Assembly (NCBI GenBank): GCA_951406725.2
Contig: OX597825.1
Span: 68,758,001 to 68,822,000, forward strand
Reading direction: 5' to 3'
Length of the DNA stretch: 64,000 bases
Source of the DNA: Octopus vulgaris
Lineage: Eukaryota
The translations under genes and the position numbers were made by a program. Below the pieces are notes generated by a model, which saw nothing but the letters and a program-made list of their open reading frames with translations, was not told where the DNA came from and did no database searches. Positions within the stretch are counted from its first letter, which is position 1. Every line of letters starts with the position of its first letter. Shown one piece after another: positions 43,830 to 59,630 of the stretch.

Positions 43830-44459
43830 TGTTTGGATAAAAGAACAATGGAAGGTTAGAGTTGTCTCGCTTGTGTATAACTTCCAGCTGTTTTAACACC
43901 CAATGCTTTGAGGTGCTAAATTTAATACCAAGTGCTTCTACCGCACCATATTGCAGCCTACTCACCAACAACCAAAACACATAAATTGAGTTTGAGTTCG
44001 ATAGTGTTTACAACACTAGCGCTGCTTCTAGTTTATAATTGTTACACTGTATCTTAACTTTCTTGATGTTTTCTCCTCTATATTCTTCTTCTCTACTTTA
44101 TTGACAAAATATTACTGTTCTAAACGTCAAAGTTTCTTTTTCTGCACTATTCTTCCTTAGTAGAATTAATTAACTTCTAATCCGGTTGATGATGTTTGCT
44201 TCTGTTCAATGAAATTGATTCAATCATATCAACAGAGCTTCTTGAAACTGTGTAGGAGAAAAACCTCTTCAATAATTTTAAAAAATTGTCTAGGGAAATT
44301 TACATGACAATTTGGCCGGTTGCTATTTAATCAGGATCTGTTCCTGCCAACAACAGTATACATAATACCAATAACCATTCTCTACTCTTTTCTCTATGTT
44401 TGCTACTGAAATTATGTACATATATAATTTATCTACAGATTTACACCAGAATCATTGAC

Positions 44460-44775
44460 CTAGAGCGTCGGGCTCACAGTCATGAGGTAGTGAGTTCGAT
44501 TCCCTGATTAGGCTGTGTTGTGTTCTTGAGCAAGACACTTTATTTCACGTTGCTCCAGTTCACTCAGATGTGGAAATGAGTTGAAACGTCACTGGTGCCA
44601 AGCCGTATCGACCTTTACCTTTCCCTTGACAACATCAGTGGCGTAGCGAAGAGAGGATGGTAAGCATGGGCGACTGCTGGTTCTTCCATAAATAATCTTG
44701 CCCAGACATGTGTTATGGAGGGCGACTTTCTAGGTTCAATCTCATAGTCATTCATGACCGAAAGGGGTCTTTACT
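44460..44775 (+). mobile_element. tRNA-derived SINE with V-like-family body and a different tail
   Basis: B box GTTCGATTCC, body GTGTTCTTGAGCAAGACACTTTATTTCACGTTGCTCCAG, unrelated 3' part. Confidence 0.72.
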
Positions 44776-44948
44776 CTTATGTGTGTGTGTTCGGATGTTG
44801 TTATACATCGCTGATCTCAATGCACTTCGCTTAGTTTTAGCCTTCGAATGATGCCTTCGAATGGAGCAACGTTAAGTGAAGTGATTTGCTCAAGAACCTT
44901 ATGCGTAGCTGGTCTGGGAATCGAAATCACGCATAATACATACATACA

Positions 44949-44984
<36 letters not shown>

Positions 44985-45168
44985 TATACATACATATATA
45001 TAAATATACATACATACATACACACACACACACATATATATAATATATATATATGTCTATATATATATATATATGTATGTGCTCATATACACATACCAAA
45101 ATAGCGGTGCCCCAGCATGACCCCAGCTCGTGAGCTGAAACTAGTTCAATTCAATTCAATACACACAA

Positions 45169-45198
<30 letters not shown>

Positions 45199-45200
<2 letters not shown>

Positions 45201-45611
45201 GAAAAATAAGAACATTGAGATAAATCAAGTAATAATTATATTTATCAATTACAAAAATAGACATAATCTCTGACAGTTGTTTCGATTCAGACTTTAAAAA
45301 TTAATTAAAATAATTCAATCATTATAAAGTTACATTTTTATATTTTTATGTGCTAAGTGTATGGAGCATTTCGGGTAACTGTATATTTCGGTTGGCCGAA
45401 ATGCTCCATACACTTAACACATAAAAATATAAAAATGTAATGGTATATCTTTTCGCTACCTCTGACGAGATTCAACTTTAAAATGATTTAATCATTTTAA
45501 TTAATTTTTAAAGTCTGAGTCGAAACAGCTGTCAGTGATTATGTCTATTTTTGTAATTATTAAATATTTTGGACTAATTAATTGATTTATCGCTATTTTC
45601 TTATTTTTCTT
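45199..45611. mobile_element. about 410-bp fold-back pLTR-like element containing a hammerhead motif
   Basis: Outer arms 45199-45332 / 45474-45611; inner arms 45329-45375 / 45395-45440. Confidence 0.85.
45459..45537 (+). ncRNA. hammerhead-ribozyme motif (minimal PLE type)
   Basis: CTGACGA (45462-68); stem II gattca-actttaaaa / tttttaaagtctgagtc; GAAA (45522-25); palindromic stem III cagctg; GTC site ending at 45533; stem I weak. Confidence 0.7.
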
Positions 45612-45778
45612 AAATAAATATAAAACTCAGTTTATTTAATTATTTATATTTGAATATTAAATCTAATATTCAAAATAGATAATAGGTAAGAAAACAGTAA
45701 AATTCATTGAAAAATATTATCGCTTAATGAGGCTTATTTAACCTCTAATTGAATATATATATATATATACATATACAC

Positions 45779-45836
<58 letters not shown>

Positions 45837-45904
45837 TAAATGCCTATTTGTTCAAAATATTTATTATATATATATGTATATATATATGTATATATATACA
45901 TACA

Positions 45905-46070
45905 AGGGGCATGGGTGGCTGTGTGGTAAGTAGCTTGCATACCAATCACAGGGTTCCGGGTTCAGTTCCACCGCGTGGCATCTTGGGCAAGCGTATTCTA
46001 CTATAGCCATGGTCCGACCAACGTTTTGTGAGTGGATATGGTAGGCGGAAACTGAAAGAAGCTCTCGTCG

Positions 46071-46128
<58 letters not shown>

Positions 46129-46294
46129 CAACAATTGAGGGTAAAATTAATTAATTATCAATCAATTTCACCAAGTATAAGTATTAGAAATAGTTTTAAA
46201 AAAGTTTTTTTAGCTACTATTTCTAATGAGTTCAGTATGTGGCAAAGTAATTTATTTTACTAAGCCCTTTTATATAATGTATATATAAATATAT

Positions 46295-46363
<69 letters not shown>

Positions 46364-46396
46364 AATGTTTGTGTGCCTGTGTTTGTCCCCCACCAT

Positions 46397-46400
<4 letters not shown>
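45905..46400 (+). mobile_element. SINE family A, interrupted and 3' truncated
   Basis: Head 45905-46072, then (TA)n and an AT-rich insert, then GTTTGTCCCCCACCATCGCT, where the next element begins. Confidence 0.78.
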
Positions 46401-47116
<716 letters not shown>

Positions 47117-47837
47117 TATACCTTTATATATGTGTGTTTGTATGTGTGTGTATAAATGTTATAACACGTTGAGTCTGGAGCTAAATTTTCGACTAAGACG
47201 TATTTTCGTATTTATGAAATATGTATTCCTATTAATGTTCGCTTTCCTCTGACATTTAATTTTTAATGTTGAACTCGGAAGGCTGAACAGTATTACTGTC
47301 AAGATTTACTTTAAGAGACGATACGTTTAAGTTTTACGGCTCAGTCTCCATTTATTCTGATTCTATCTTACTGCCGTGTATGAAGTCAAGAACTCTCATA
47401 AACCTCTTTCTCGAGATCTCTTGACATAGACGTGTGTTTTTGTATAATTTATCTATACTAGTTACATGAATCAGTCTCTAATGTGAATAAGTAACAAGTA
47501 CATACACGCGTATACATATGTGTACATGTAAAGCGATAAACTTGGCACAAACGTTAGCACGTCGGAAAAATGGTCAGCAACACTTGTTTTAGTTCTTTAC
47601 GTTCTGAGTTCAAATTTTACCGAGATTGATTTTGGCTTTTATACCTTCGCGTCTATAAAATAAAATGCCAGTCAAGTACTCGATCGATGTAACCGACTTC
47701 TTCCCTCTCCTCAAAAGCTGCTGTCCTTAAACCTTGCAAAGGGCGTGTGTCTCGTTCAGTGGGAATGTTTTGGTCTCGAGAACCTGGGTGACTGGCTTAA
47801 TCAATCTCAGCGCTCAGGAAATATATAAAAATCAATA

Positions 47838-47970
47838 TACGAGGGACTTGAAAAGCTCGTGGCTTTGGGTAAAAGAAAATACATGAAGATCAGTTATTAT
47901 GATTTTATTCAACATATTCTCCTCTCAGATTCACACACTTATTGTAGCGGTTCTTCAGTTTTTCTAAGCT
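47838..47970 (-). mobile_element. mariner 3' terminal fragment
   Basis: Minus strand LEKLKNRYNKCVNLRGEYVE*, then a TIR-like end (plus strand TA-CGAGGG...GAAAAG). Confidence 0.8.
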
Positions 47971-49640
47971 CTACGATGCCGATGAAGCTGAAATAACCGC
48001 GAAATATCGACAGCCGTCGTTTCTCATTCTTCCACGGAGCGAATCGTCTCTCTGGTTTAAAAGGTAGTGAGTGTTTTTTTTTCTTTTAAAGCCCGGTATC
48101 TTAAAAGGACTTCCCCTCCTGACGCAATTCCGCAGCTAATAACAACATAATGCAAAACGCATGCATTCAGTATGTGACATCGGTAATATTTATGTTATTA
48201 GAGCAGCTTATAATTTCAAAATCGAATTTTAATTAAAAAAAAACGAAAATATAAATATTTAATTACTTCTTTTGGCTTCTTTTATTATTAGTTTATGTTC
48301 CATACAACCAATAATTTGAGACCCGGACATGGATGTTCATGCAATTAACCAACCAAACAAACGGCATCGAGGAATTATAAAAATAACCCGCGGCTCTTAA
48401 AATTTTGGAGTTTTGATATGTGGAGGGTATTAAATTTTGGTAGAGGTACTCAGTTATTAAGGTTAGCATAACCGTGTTTTTAAATTAATTACACGCCAAC
48501 ACCAAACTACTGAATCAGTAATTTAAAATTTTTATTGGGCTTTAGTTAGCTTTTTATTGCTTTTATTAGAGTTAAGGCTACATGTATTGGCGCTTTGTTA
48601 GCATGGGCCAAATAAAATTATTATATCATAATAATTCCTCACGTGCACAGATAAAAGCAAAAATCAAACAATGGCGTACACATCCGTTCTTAATACTTTC
48701 CGGCAGATTCGAACATGAATATGCTAATCGCTGTTGTATATTGTCTTCGGAAAACGACTTCTTTTCAGACGATGTGTGTTTACGACAAATTCGATTCATT
48801 GAGAAACCGCCGTTTTTAATGTATTCGTCAATGAATCTCAACTATAATTGTGGCTTTTATTTGTACAATTCAGCAAACAAGTTATTTGCTGATGCCCGCC
48901 AAACCGATAATAATTAATCATGAGCGCATAGAACAACGAGGATTTGTTTAACGACCTTCCATGTTCATTTTTAACACGTTTCAGCAGATGAGATTAATTA
49001 TTTTTTTGATTTGACATTTCAGAAAATCCACTTCAGCGCCATTTAGAAAAAAAAGTGTTGTGAGAACTTATATTATTGTTATTAATATAAATATAAAAGA
49101 AGAAACTACATTATCTGTTATACATGCGTTTTTTCTACCCAGTAATTGTTCAGAATTATAAAAATTATGTTTGATTGATAAATATCATGGCATAAAGTAG
49201 TAACACGAAAGACAGAGCTAATCCTGACAATATAGAATCGAATTTTTGCTTTCTCCTTTTGGCGTAAATAAGAACCAATGACGATGACAAAATACAAGCA
49301 ATCTTGTCTCTTTCTATGTAGCTGTGATTACGAGAGCCGCAGTAGACTGCTCAGTCGAAATTATCTGATCACTTGCATAGATCGCATGGTGACAAAGTAA
49401 TAGCAGGTAGTATATATGCAACAGATTTTTGTGAATTATTATAAAGAATCAAATGAATGAATGAATGAACGAGTCAATCCATCCATCCATCCATCCATCC
49501 ATCCATGCATCCTTCCGTCCGTCCGTCCGTCCGTCCATCCATCCATCCATCCATCCATCCATCCATCAATAAATAATCACTCACTCACTCACTCACTCAC
49601 CCACTCACTCACTCACTCACTCAGTAACTCAATAAATCTG

Positions 49641-49732
<92 letters not shown>

Positions 49733-49737
49733 CCTAC

Positions 49738-49793
<56 letters not shown>

Positions 49794-49794
49794 A

Positions 49795-49825
<31 letters not shown>

Positions 49826-49968
49826 GTATGTATGCATGCATGTATATATGTATGTATGTATGTCTCTCTCTCTCTCTCTCTCTCCGTCTGACTACCTTTG
49901 TATGTATGTATGTCTTTCTCTTTCTATCAATCCGTCTGACTGCCTATGTATGTATGTATCTCTCTCCC

Positions 49969-50018
<50 letters not shown>

Positions 50019-50451
50019 CACCTTTCTCTTTCGCCACCAATAACTTTCTATTCTTTCACATTAATTGTAAAAATATTTATTTTGTGGCAACATCTTCTAT
50101 ATATAAGTTGATTTCTCAACTCAAGGGAAATCAATCTGTTTGATTGATTAATATTTAATTACTTGCTATTTTCTAAATATTATGCACAACTGTGAATCTC
50201 CAGATATTCCACCGGAATTCATAAGCAATATTACGTTAACATCAAAGTAGTAATCATTAAATTCTCCAACAATATTCTTCCAAATTCCATTTTAAATTTG
50301 AAAATTATTATCTGGAAGAACTATTGGTGACATTAATAATATCTATAATAAAATCACACTCTGACCATTCATATTTGTAAATCCTGATTAGATTATCAAT
50401 GTGATTACCTAAATTTCTGTCTTTAGGTATACTATGATGAATATATGTGAA

Positions 50452-50838
50452 TGTGGAGGCGCAATGGCCCAGTGGTTAGGGCAGCGGACTCGCGGTCGTA
50501 GGATCGCGGTTTCGATTCCCAGACCGGGCGTTGTGAGTGTTTATTGAGCGAAAACACCTAAAGCTCCACGAGGCTCCGGCAGGGGATGGTGGTGATCCCT
50601 GCTGTACTCTTTCACCACAACTTTCTCTCACTCTTACTTCCTGTTTCTGTTGTACCTGTATTTCAAGGGGCCGACCTTGTCACTCTCTGTGTCACGCTGA
50701 ATATCCCCGAGAACTACGTTAAGGGTACACGTGTCTGTGGAGTGCTCAGCCACTTACACGTTAATTTCACGAGCAGGCTGTTCCGTTGATCGGATCAACC
50801 GGAACCCTCGTCGTCGTAACCGACGGAGTGCTTCCCCC
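50452..50838 (+). mobile_element. SINE family B (tail type i), full length with TSD
   Basis: A box TGGCCCAGTGG, B box GTTTCGATTCC; TSD ATGTGAAT at 50445-50452 and 50839-50846. Confidence 0.9.
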
Positions 50839-51238
50839 ATGTGAATATTTCAGTAACAAGAGGCAGTGAGCTGACAGAATCGTGGCAAAATGCTTAGCGA
50901 CATTTCGTCAATCTTCTGGTTCTGAGTTCAAATTCCACCGAGGTCGACGCCGCCTTTCATCCTTTATGGATCAATAAGATGAGTGCCGGTACAGACAGCA
51001 CTGTACAAGTACTCATTTGTAATCGACTTACCCCCATCCGTTCAACTTGCTGGCTTTGTACCGAAATTTAAAATCGATATTACCCTAAGAAGTAAACCGT
51101 AAAATAAATTAAGGATAATTGTGTTATGGTAAATAATATATGTGGGGTTCTTTGAAAATATAAATAAGAATTTTAATGTGTACCTGTATTTTATATATTT
51201 TGGCATATTTATGTATGCGTTTACATAAATTCGGCAAT

Positions 51239-51540
51239 TTCACAATTATAGAAGCACTTCTTATAAACAAATTGAAACCATCCATTAACAACAGGAACTA
51301 CACGAAGCAGACATATTACTGTAGCAACAGCAGTCCGCGCATGTCATCTTCATCCTTGCTCTCCTGTCCTTTTCCCTCTACTTCTGAGCAACAAACTCTT
51401 TCCAATCACTGCTTTTCCGAATTTCCTGAAGAAGGGCTCTTCACCCCGAAATATAAAAATACAAGGTAAAACTGCAACTTCGTTCTGTTTTCTTTTCAAT
51501 TTGTTGTTTACTTTGTACCTTCTCGCATTGTTCCGGCTTT
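51239..51540 (+). pseudogene. PLE 3' end: GIY-YIG C-terminus followed by a hammerhead motif
   Basis: IIEALLINKLKPSIN (ExxxIxxxxPxxN), then tttc-CTGAAGA-aggg-ctcttca-cccc-GAAA-TA-TA-aaaa at 51422-51459. Confidence 0.72.
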
Positions 51541-51555
51541 ACACACACGCACACA

Positions 51556-51627
<72 letters not shown>

Positions 51628-51639
51628 CACGCTCTCTTT

Positions 51640-51693
<54 letters not shown>

Positions 51694-51932
51694 CAGAATA
51701 ATGGCAAAGGGCTTATACAAAAATTAACGGAAAGATAAAATAAAAATGCGATATGAATGAACCATTGGCATCAGCCGACGTTTATCGAGATCCATTATAA
51801 TTTCGGTGCTTGGTAAAAATTTGGTATCGTTCGTGTAGAAAGCGCCAAGGATCAAATGCAATAAAACGAAAACAAGTCTTAACTAATCTGTTATACACAC
51901 ACACTCACACACACACACGCACACACACATGC

Positions 51933-52006
<74 letters not shown>

Positions 52007-54119
52007 AAAAAAATACAAACTGGGACAAGAACGCAAAACATTTAGAAGACGATACAAAAAACACGGACGGGACATTCGAAGCCTTCAATCTTCAGTCAAG
52101 AACCGGATCATCCTTGAGATTGCTCCGACCTGGCCAGCCACAAAGGAAAATCTAAGCCAAGCGCATTAGATTCCTTGGAAGAAAGCCTCGAATGTATACA
52201 AAACAAGGACAAGAACGAATAAGAATACAAAAATACGTAAAAACAATAATGATAACACGAATAAGAATACGAAAATACGTAAAAACAATAATGATAATAA
52301 AAATAACAAAAACAGGACGTCACAGACATATGTATATACATTTACATACAATGTAATGGGTTAAGATAACCGCCCAAAATCAACAGCAGTTGGGAAAGAG
52401 TGATCGTCTATGTCTATCAGTTTCCATTGCCTTAGTTGCTACGGATAGGAATAAATATTGTAGATATTTAGCATTTTTGTCTTTAGGAAAATGGAGGAAT
52501 CGGGGGGAAGCTAAAAGTGTTTTGGGTTAGCAAATAGTAAAACAATTAATTAAAAGAGTAGAATAATTGTATTTTCATGCAAAAGGAGAATGTTAATATT
52601 TCGATCGCTTGTCTTTTTTTTTGAGGAGAAGAGACAGATACGAATGCCTTACTTGTTGGTAGCAAAAATTTTGCATTCTTGTGAAATAGAGTTCTTTTTA
52701 CTTTTCTCTTTTAGAAGTTATTTTTGTTGCTTGATATAAAACTACGTTAAATTATGCCAACGAAAGACAGATGAAAATCAAGATAAATGATTTTATTGTC
52801 ATTATTTTCATCAGTAATGTCAAGCAGATATTACAATTCCACGGGGCAAGATGATAAACAGCAATATATATGGAAAAGATATAGTATTAGCGCTAATTAC
52901 AGTTAATTATGATTGATATTGCTGCTGTTTAATTAGTTTAACCCTGCTTGACCAAAAGTAAAACAATGGAAGTTCTGTCATGAACTCACTCGCAAGTGTA
53001 TAGAAGTTTACATGATCTAATTTGTTTCCAATTATTTAAAATGAAAGAGAGTATGTGATTTGAAATTTGGATGTTAATTTAAGCAGATCAAGCAACGACG
53101 TAAGTAGCTATTGAGACGACCTTTAAGCAGTTGCTAGATTGAAAGAAAATAACGAAATTTCCTTTCTATCACATCTCACTTTTCAAAAACACAAGGTCAC
53201 GGTGGGTAATGAACTTTAACATAAACACGTTTCTACAAGCGATTGGATGGTCGCGAAAAAATCGTGCCTTTGATCGTGGATGGATCTGCATGTTCACAGC
53301 TAACCTAGAGCTATCCGGCGTTTAAAGTTCAATCTTACATGTTCCTGCGTTGAGATTTATGCTTAAGAAAAAAAGACAGATAGAAAGAAAAACCAAAACT
53401 GGTTCAATGATTAGTGCCAAAAGATAAAACAATCTTTTACGTAAACCAATACATATTCCATACATTGACGTAAGTTCTAACGCTCTATTATATAAAATGT
53501 AAAAACAGAAAAGACAAACAAACACAAAATAAAGAGAGAAAACAAAACGACAAACAAAATGGTCGTAGATCCTTTGGGCTAAACATCAATAACTTAGCGT
53601 TTGTACTATTCTAATGGCATGAGTTTCTGGTAGGAAATTCTAGTTAGCTACATCGGAATAAATGTTAGTAAAAAAAAAGAACAAGAATTGTAGTTATTGT
53701 ATATTTTGCTCATATGTACATATATATACATACATATTTACATACACACACACATAAATATAAATACATATATATATATATGTATGCACATAAATATATA
53801 TATATAAATATATATATATGTATACACATAAATATATGCCTATATACGTATATATAAATGTATAAATGTATATAGGTTTATATATATATATATATATATG
53901 TTATATACGTACACACACACACACACGCAAACACACACATACACACATACACATTGAGAAACGTTAAAGGAACCAAACCACATAGAGAGACAAACACTGA
54001 CAATGACAGCCGCAGACATGCGTGGCTGGCATTCACTTCGAATAATAATATGCATTTGTTGTCTCAACCACATGCCTGAATGTCTGAATGTTAGCTGACA
54101 AATAGCTACGCTCAGTAGC

Positions 54120-54202
<83 letters not shown>

Positions 54203-54225
54203 GTGTATATATATATAAAACATAG

Positions 54226-54284
<59 letters not shown>

Positions 54285-54499
54285 TTATCTATCTATATAT
54301 TTCATTATCTTTCTTTCTTTGTAACTCCTCTATATAAATTTATTTATGTGTGTTTGTGTGTGCGCGCACACGAACACACACACACACACACATAAAACAT
54401 AAGTCTCTCTCTCTTTCTCTCTCTATTTCATTATTTCACTTTCATTTTTACCCCTTCATATAAATTTATTCGTGTGTGTGTGTGTGTGGATATATATAT

Positions 54500-54537
<38 letters not shown>

Positions 54538-55214
54538 GCATTTGTAAAAAATTACACACACTCACATATATACCTAACGACTGTATATAATACATACGGA
54601 TCTATATCTGTATATGCGTACCCACTCCACACATATATCTATGTACAAACACACACATACACACATATACACACACACATATATACTTATAGTAAGTATA
54701 TATATATATATATATATACATATATACTTACACGTACACCACATCCCACACTCACAAACACAAGCACTACAGGGAACACACACACACACACACGTATGCA
54801 CATACCCTCTTTGCACAAAGACATTGACAAACACAGAAAAATATATTACATACATACAAAAAGCACACACCTACACACATAGATAACGCATTCGTTTCTG
54901 AAGGTGACGGTCGATATGCATTTGCTAAAGCAAACGAAAGGACATCCGGGTCGTATACAGAAACATACACAAACTCACACACTCACATTCATATACACAT
55001 ACACACACTCACACAAGTGCATACATAATTGATTTATATACCTATATATGCATCATTATCAGTGGATTTTTTTTCTGTCTGTCTGTCCGTCGGTGTGTCT
55101 GTTTGTCGTCTGTCAGTCAATCAGTTTGTCGGTATGTATGTCTATCTATCTGTCTGGCAACCTGCACATTGGTCCTTCAATCTGTGTACCTGGCTGCCTG
55201 TTTGTCTGTCTGTC

Positions 55215-55319
<105 letters not shown>

Positions 55320-55504
55320 AAGCTTGGATTATATACACATTAGTACTTGTAAGGAGCGTTTACATAAAGATTATTACTCTCCTGTGTCTCAAACACATAC
55401 AAAGACCACATCACATCGCACAGCCACAGAAAAATAGATACATACACATACCATACACTTACCCAAACACTCACCCACACAAAGACTCGCACCCATAAAT
55501 TCAT

Positions 55505-55546
<42 letters not shown>

Positions 55547-55587
55547 ATATATATATGTGTCTATAAGTATTTGTATGTGTATGTATG

Positions 55588-55631
<44 letters not shown>

Positions 55632-55795
55632 TATAATGTAATATGTATATATATATATATATGTATTTATATATATATATATACATGTGTATAATATATA
55701 ATATATAATACAATATAATGTAATATAATAAATATATATACATATATAATATAACATATGCATATATATTATATGATATAATATAATATAATATA

Positions 55796-55844
<49 letters not shown>

Positions 55845-56169
55845 TTATATATATATATATATACATGCAACACATGCATACATATAGAAATATATTTGTG
55901 TCTCTGTATTTATACATACTAATACATAGATATGCTTATCCATACAATGAGTTATATTACATAAAAGTATGTTCTGACGCTTGTGCATAGAAAAAAAAAC
56001 CCCAAAACAAAACCAAATAAAGCACCACAATATAAAAAAACAAACAAACATCTTTCATCGTTTATTTAAATGGGAAAATACAAATCTCTGTCAGATTGTA
56101 CAGAGTTTTCTACCCAATCTTATTTAATCTTCCAAAATAATAATAATAATAATAACAATAATAATAATA

Positions 56170-56251
<82 letters not shown>

Positions 56252-56485
56252 TAAAAAGCCACTAGAAAAATAAAGAAAAGCGAAATAGATATGAAGAGAC
56301 AGGATTTCCAATTGCTTGAAATATTCAAATTGCATTGTCTAACTTATTTTTTTCTCCCCATTATTTGATTCTTTCAAGTAGTGAAAACTCCATGGAATAT
56401 TACAAATATACAGAGTAGTGAGATATAGAAATCCTTTAAATGTCAGCAACAGCTTTATATTTGTATATGTATAAGCGTTTAATAC

Positions 56486-56516
<31 letters not shown>

Positions 56517-56970
56517 CTTGTATGTATATATGTATGTATTTATGTATGTATATAAATGAGCTCATTATTTTATTGATATAAATGGATGTAATTTTGAAAA
56601 TATTAGTATACAGGCGCAGGCGTGGATGTGTAGGAAGTTTGCTTTCCAGCCACATGGTTCTGAGTTCAGTCTCACCGTGTGTTACTTTGGGTATGTGTTT
56701 TTCTAGTATAGCCTCCGGCCGACCGATGCTTTCTGAGTAAATTTGCTAGACGGAAACTGAAAGAAGTCCGTCGTATATAAATATACATACATACATACAT
56801 ACATACATACATACATACATACATACATACATACATACATACATACACACACATCAATTTAGTAAACAACCGAAAGATCGACTTATAGTTTCATGGTTTT
56901 ATGATACTTGATCAAGCTTATTTATAAAATATGCCATGTATCCCCAAACAATATTCCAGGCTTGTTTATG

Positions 56971-57009
<39 letters not shown>

Positions 57010-57204
57010 CACAAAGCAAGGACTTTGGACAGTGAAAAAATATGAAAAAAACGTGAAGAAGGTTGGTGCAAAATATTGAACGCGAAATAAGAAGTAAAGT
57101 CTAGAAAACTAAGATCCTCAACCTCCCTAATATCAGAAAACATGTTAAATACAACTGATATAAAACAAACAGAAAGTAAGTCAACGTTTTTGAGACATCA
57201 ACTC

Positions 57205-57328
57205 AATCCGAAGCGGGTGGCGTTCTCCAGTTCGATGAAATAAACTTGCTCATGTGTTTACACCTGCTAACAATATCAGCTCTGGAATTAAGTAGTATGT
57301 TGGAATTGCTGGATCTAAGATCTGAAAT
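57205..57328 (-). pseudogene. PLE C-terminal fragment
   Basis: ILLNSRADIVSRCKHMSKF resembles the LLNxRxExxxxCRHxxKF C-terminus I recall from some PLE ORFs. Confidence 0.55.
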
Positions 57329-57457
57329 TATGTATGTATGTATGTATGTATGTATGTATGTATGTATGTATGTATGTATGTATGTATGTATGTATGTATG
57401 CATGCATGCATGTATGTATGTATGCATGTATGTAAGTGTGTATCTATATATCCATCC

Positions 57458-57595
<138 letters not shown>

Positions 57596-57599
57596 ATTC

Positions 57600-58060
57600 T
57601 TTTATTCTTTTATTCTCTTACATGATTCAGTCATTTGACTGCGGCCATGCTGGAGCACCACCTTAAAGGACTTATTATTTGTAAGCTTAGTGCTTATTCC
57701 ATCGTTCTCTTTTGCCGAACTGCTAAATTACGGGGGCGTAAACACACCAACGCCGGTTGTCGAGCGATAGTGGGGGTTCAAACACAGACACAAAGGCACA
57801 CACATGCGCAAATATGTATACCCTCTTTCAGTTTCCATCTGCCAAATCCACTCACACGGCTTCGGTCAACCCGAGGCTGTAGTAGAAGGCTCTTGACCTG
57901 CTTGTGCTTGTCTTCAACCAACGCTTGATAACCAATGCTGGTTTGTTTATACCCCTGTAACATAATGGTTCGGCAAAAAAGAGACAGGTAAAATAAATAG
58001 AATAAGATGGTGTCCAAGCAATGCTGCACTCCAGTGACTGAAACAAGTAAAAGAGAAGGA
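57600..58060. mobile_element. two old SINE family A pieces in opposite orientation
   Basis: Minus copy at about 57600-57895, plus 3' half at about 57905-58060; another head at 56612-56776. Confidence 0.7.
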
Positions 58061-58313
58061 AAGAAAAGAAAGGACATTTCTGGTACAAGCATAAACTTTG
58101 GTTTCGTGACAAGCTTTCCTACTCTTCATCAGTAGCTATATTCTATAAATGATGGGCGAAGAGGTCATTAGGTAACCTTTTATTTATAATGCCAACTTGT
58201 CATAGTTGTCAAATTTTTAGGGAGAAGAGTGCAGTCATTGAAGGGACATAATCTGTCATACAATCGACAAAGCGAATGTTTAGTTCCACATTTCTTTCTT
58301 TCTTTCCATCTAT

Positions 58314-58373
<60 letters not shown>

Positions 58374-58450
58374 TCATCCATCTATTCTTTCTTTCTTCAT
58401 TGCTTCTTTGATTTTTTTCTACCTCTCACGCACAAGCACACAAGCACACA

Positions 58451-58549
<99 letters not shown>

Positions 58550-58628
58550 TTACACACATAAACACACATAAACACACACAAACACATGTCCCAGCATGGC
58601 TGCAGCTTCAAGGCTGAAACATATAAAA

Positions 58629-58671
<43 letters not shown>

Positions 58672-59180
58672 TAAAATTTGTCATTGGAGATGAAATTCAA
58701 GAAAATATTTTGCTGGAAAGAAATGTTTAGGGCAAGTAAAAGAATAGGCATGGTTAATAATTTCTTCTCGTATCTGGAGACAAGAGGACTCTCGAGTTAT
58801 GATGAAGAATACTCTAATAAATACATCATAGAAGAGGCATTATAAAGACTAAATAGACAGATTAAGTTCTCTTTAAAGTTCAAGTGAATTTAATTCACTT
58901 AAATTTTGAGGTGAATTTACAGCTTTGTGTGTTTATTGGTTGACTGAAATGACTCTTCGGCGACCATAGTTGCTTCCGCTTCAGAGGGTACAGTATCATA
59001 TCATATCACGGTCCCCGACAAGTCCAATTGTATATATCTATGTGTGTGTGTGTGTGTATGTGTGTGTGTGTGTGTGTGTGTGCGCGTGTATGTGTGAGTG
59101 CGTTCGCGCAATGTGTTTTATGAAGAGGTTCCTTAAGACGTAAAACTTGTTTCATGGTTTAGCAACGGTTAAAATTTTGG

Positions 59181-59630
<450 letters not shown>

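Noticed and set aside
50452-50530. tRNA genes at SINE heads (also 10145-10220, 12935-13010, 46426-46495)
   Set aside because: A and B boxes are present but I see no complete cloverleaf; they continue into SINE bodies, some with TSDs.
53990-54095. Possible pre-miRNA hairpin
   Set aside because: Pairing is partial and I recognise no known mature miRNA.
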